From the NCBI RefSeq assembly GCF_001194135.2, contig NC_068981.1:190725555-190789554 (forward strand): a DNA stretch of 64,000 bases. The letters are read 5' to 3'. The notes beneath the pieces were generated by a model. That model was not told the DNA's origin and did not search any database. It worked only from the letters and a program-made list of their open reading frames with translations. Of the stretch, positions 63,150-64,000 are shown one piece after another (position 1 is the first letter of the stretch; each line of letters opens with the position of its first letter). Made by a program: the position numbers and the translations under genes. This DNA is from Octopus bimaculoides (taxonomy: Eukaryota).

Positions 63150-63875
63150 AGGTGCAGGAGTGGCTGTGTGGTAAGTAGCTTGCTTACCAACCACATGGTC
63201 GTGGGTTCAGTCTCACTACGTGGCACCCTAGGCAAGTATCTTCTACTATAGCCTCGGGCCAACCAAAACCTTGTGAGTGGATTTGTTAGACAGAAACTGA
63301 AAGAAGCCCATCGTATATATANNNNNNNNNNNNNNNNNNNNNNNNNNNNNNNNNNNNNNNNNNNNNNNNNNNNNNNNNNNNNNNNNNNNNNNNNNNNNNN
63401 NNNNNNNNNNNNNNNNNNNNNNNNNNNNNNNNNNNNNNNNNNNNNNNNNNNNNNNNNNNNNNNNNNNNNNNNNNNNNNNNNNNNNNNNNNNNNNNNNNNN
63501 NNNNNNNNNNNNNNNNNNNNNNNNNNNNGTAGCTCGAAACGTCAAAGACTTTCCGTATTCCCGAGCGTCATACTAATATATACTTTTGTTATTTACACCA
63601 CCTGTCCTCGTCTATTGTTATTTTTTGTATATTCTCCCATATATATATATATATGTATGTGTGTATGTATATGTTTGTGTGTCTGTGTTTGTCCCCCAGC
63701 ATTGCTTGACAACCGATGGTGGTGTGTTTACGTCCCTGCAACTTAGCGGTTCGGCAAAAGAGACCAATAGAATAAGTGCTAGGCTTACAAAGAATAAGAC
63801 CTGGGGTTGATTTGCTCGACTAAAGGCGGTGCTCCAGCATGGCTGCAGTCAAATGACTGAAACAAGTAAAAGAGT
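63150..63875 (+). mobile_element. Family B SINE containing an assembly gap and a probable Penelope-terminus fragment (63530-63630)
   Basis: B head 63150-63320, B tail 63660-63875, AGCTCGAAACGTCAAAGAC motif after the gap. Confidence 0.8.
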
Positions 63876-64000
63876 AATTATTTTACATTATATTTTAGAA
63901 CACAAAGACATCCCAGGGGCTGTATAAGTAAACCTCCTTATAGGGTGGGCTTCATAATTTGTTTATCTTGAAAGTGAAACAAGGAAATTATGAAATGCTT

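Noticed and set aside
1-64000. CRISPR arrays, rRNA, snoRNA or conserved miRNA genes
   Set aside because: No regularly spaced repeat-spacer array, no rRNA-like segment, no convincing C/D box pair with a terminal stem, and no mature miRNA sequence I recall. A covariance-model search (Infernal/Rfam) would be needed to exclude these firmly.

Overview
AT-rich, repeat-saturated metazoan DNA. The SINE families, (GAT)n-tailed retroposons and microsatellites look like those I recall from Octopus (coleoid cephalopod); this is recognition, not a database hit. No intact multi-exon gene or intact transposase/RT ORF is present. Nearly all entries in the ORF track are microsatellite, N-gap or repeat translations. 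The window reads as a large intron or intergenic interval packed with at least four retroposon families. My working labels are A = (GAT)n-tailed element, B = SINE with an internal microsatellite, C = ~215-bp SINE, and OR-like = tRNA-headed SINE. It also holds two near-full-length dead mariners, a maT-like fragment, piggyBac/hAT-type MITEs, a Helitron-like element, a foldback element, and RTE, CR1, RLE-LINE, Penelope and Gypsy relics. The best host-gene candidate is one putative terminal coding exon (50158-50245, +) with death-fold-like helix spacing. The most interesting unexplained signals are an RNA-type hairpin over a candidate exon (2497-2650), an interstitial (TTAGGG)6 junction (20267-20450), a textbook-signal 5-nt microexon (25085-25119), and several template-switch scars. 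I do not see convincing evidence of a new multi-gene system. Repeat boundaries are approximate unless TSDs or TIRs are quoted.
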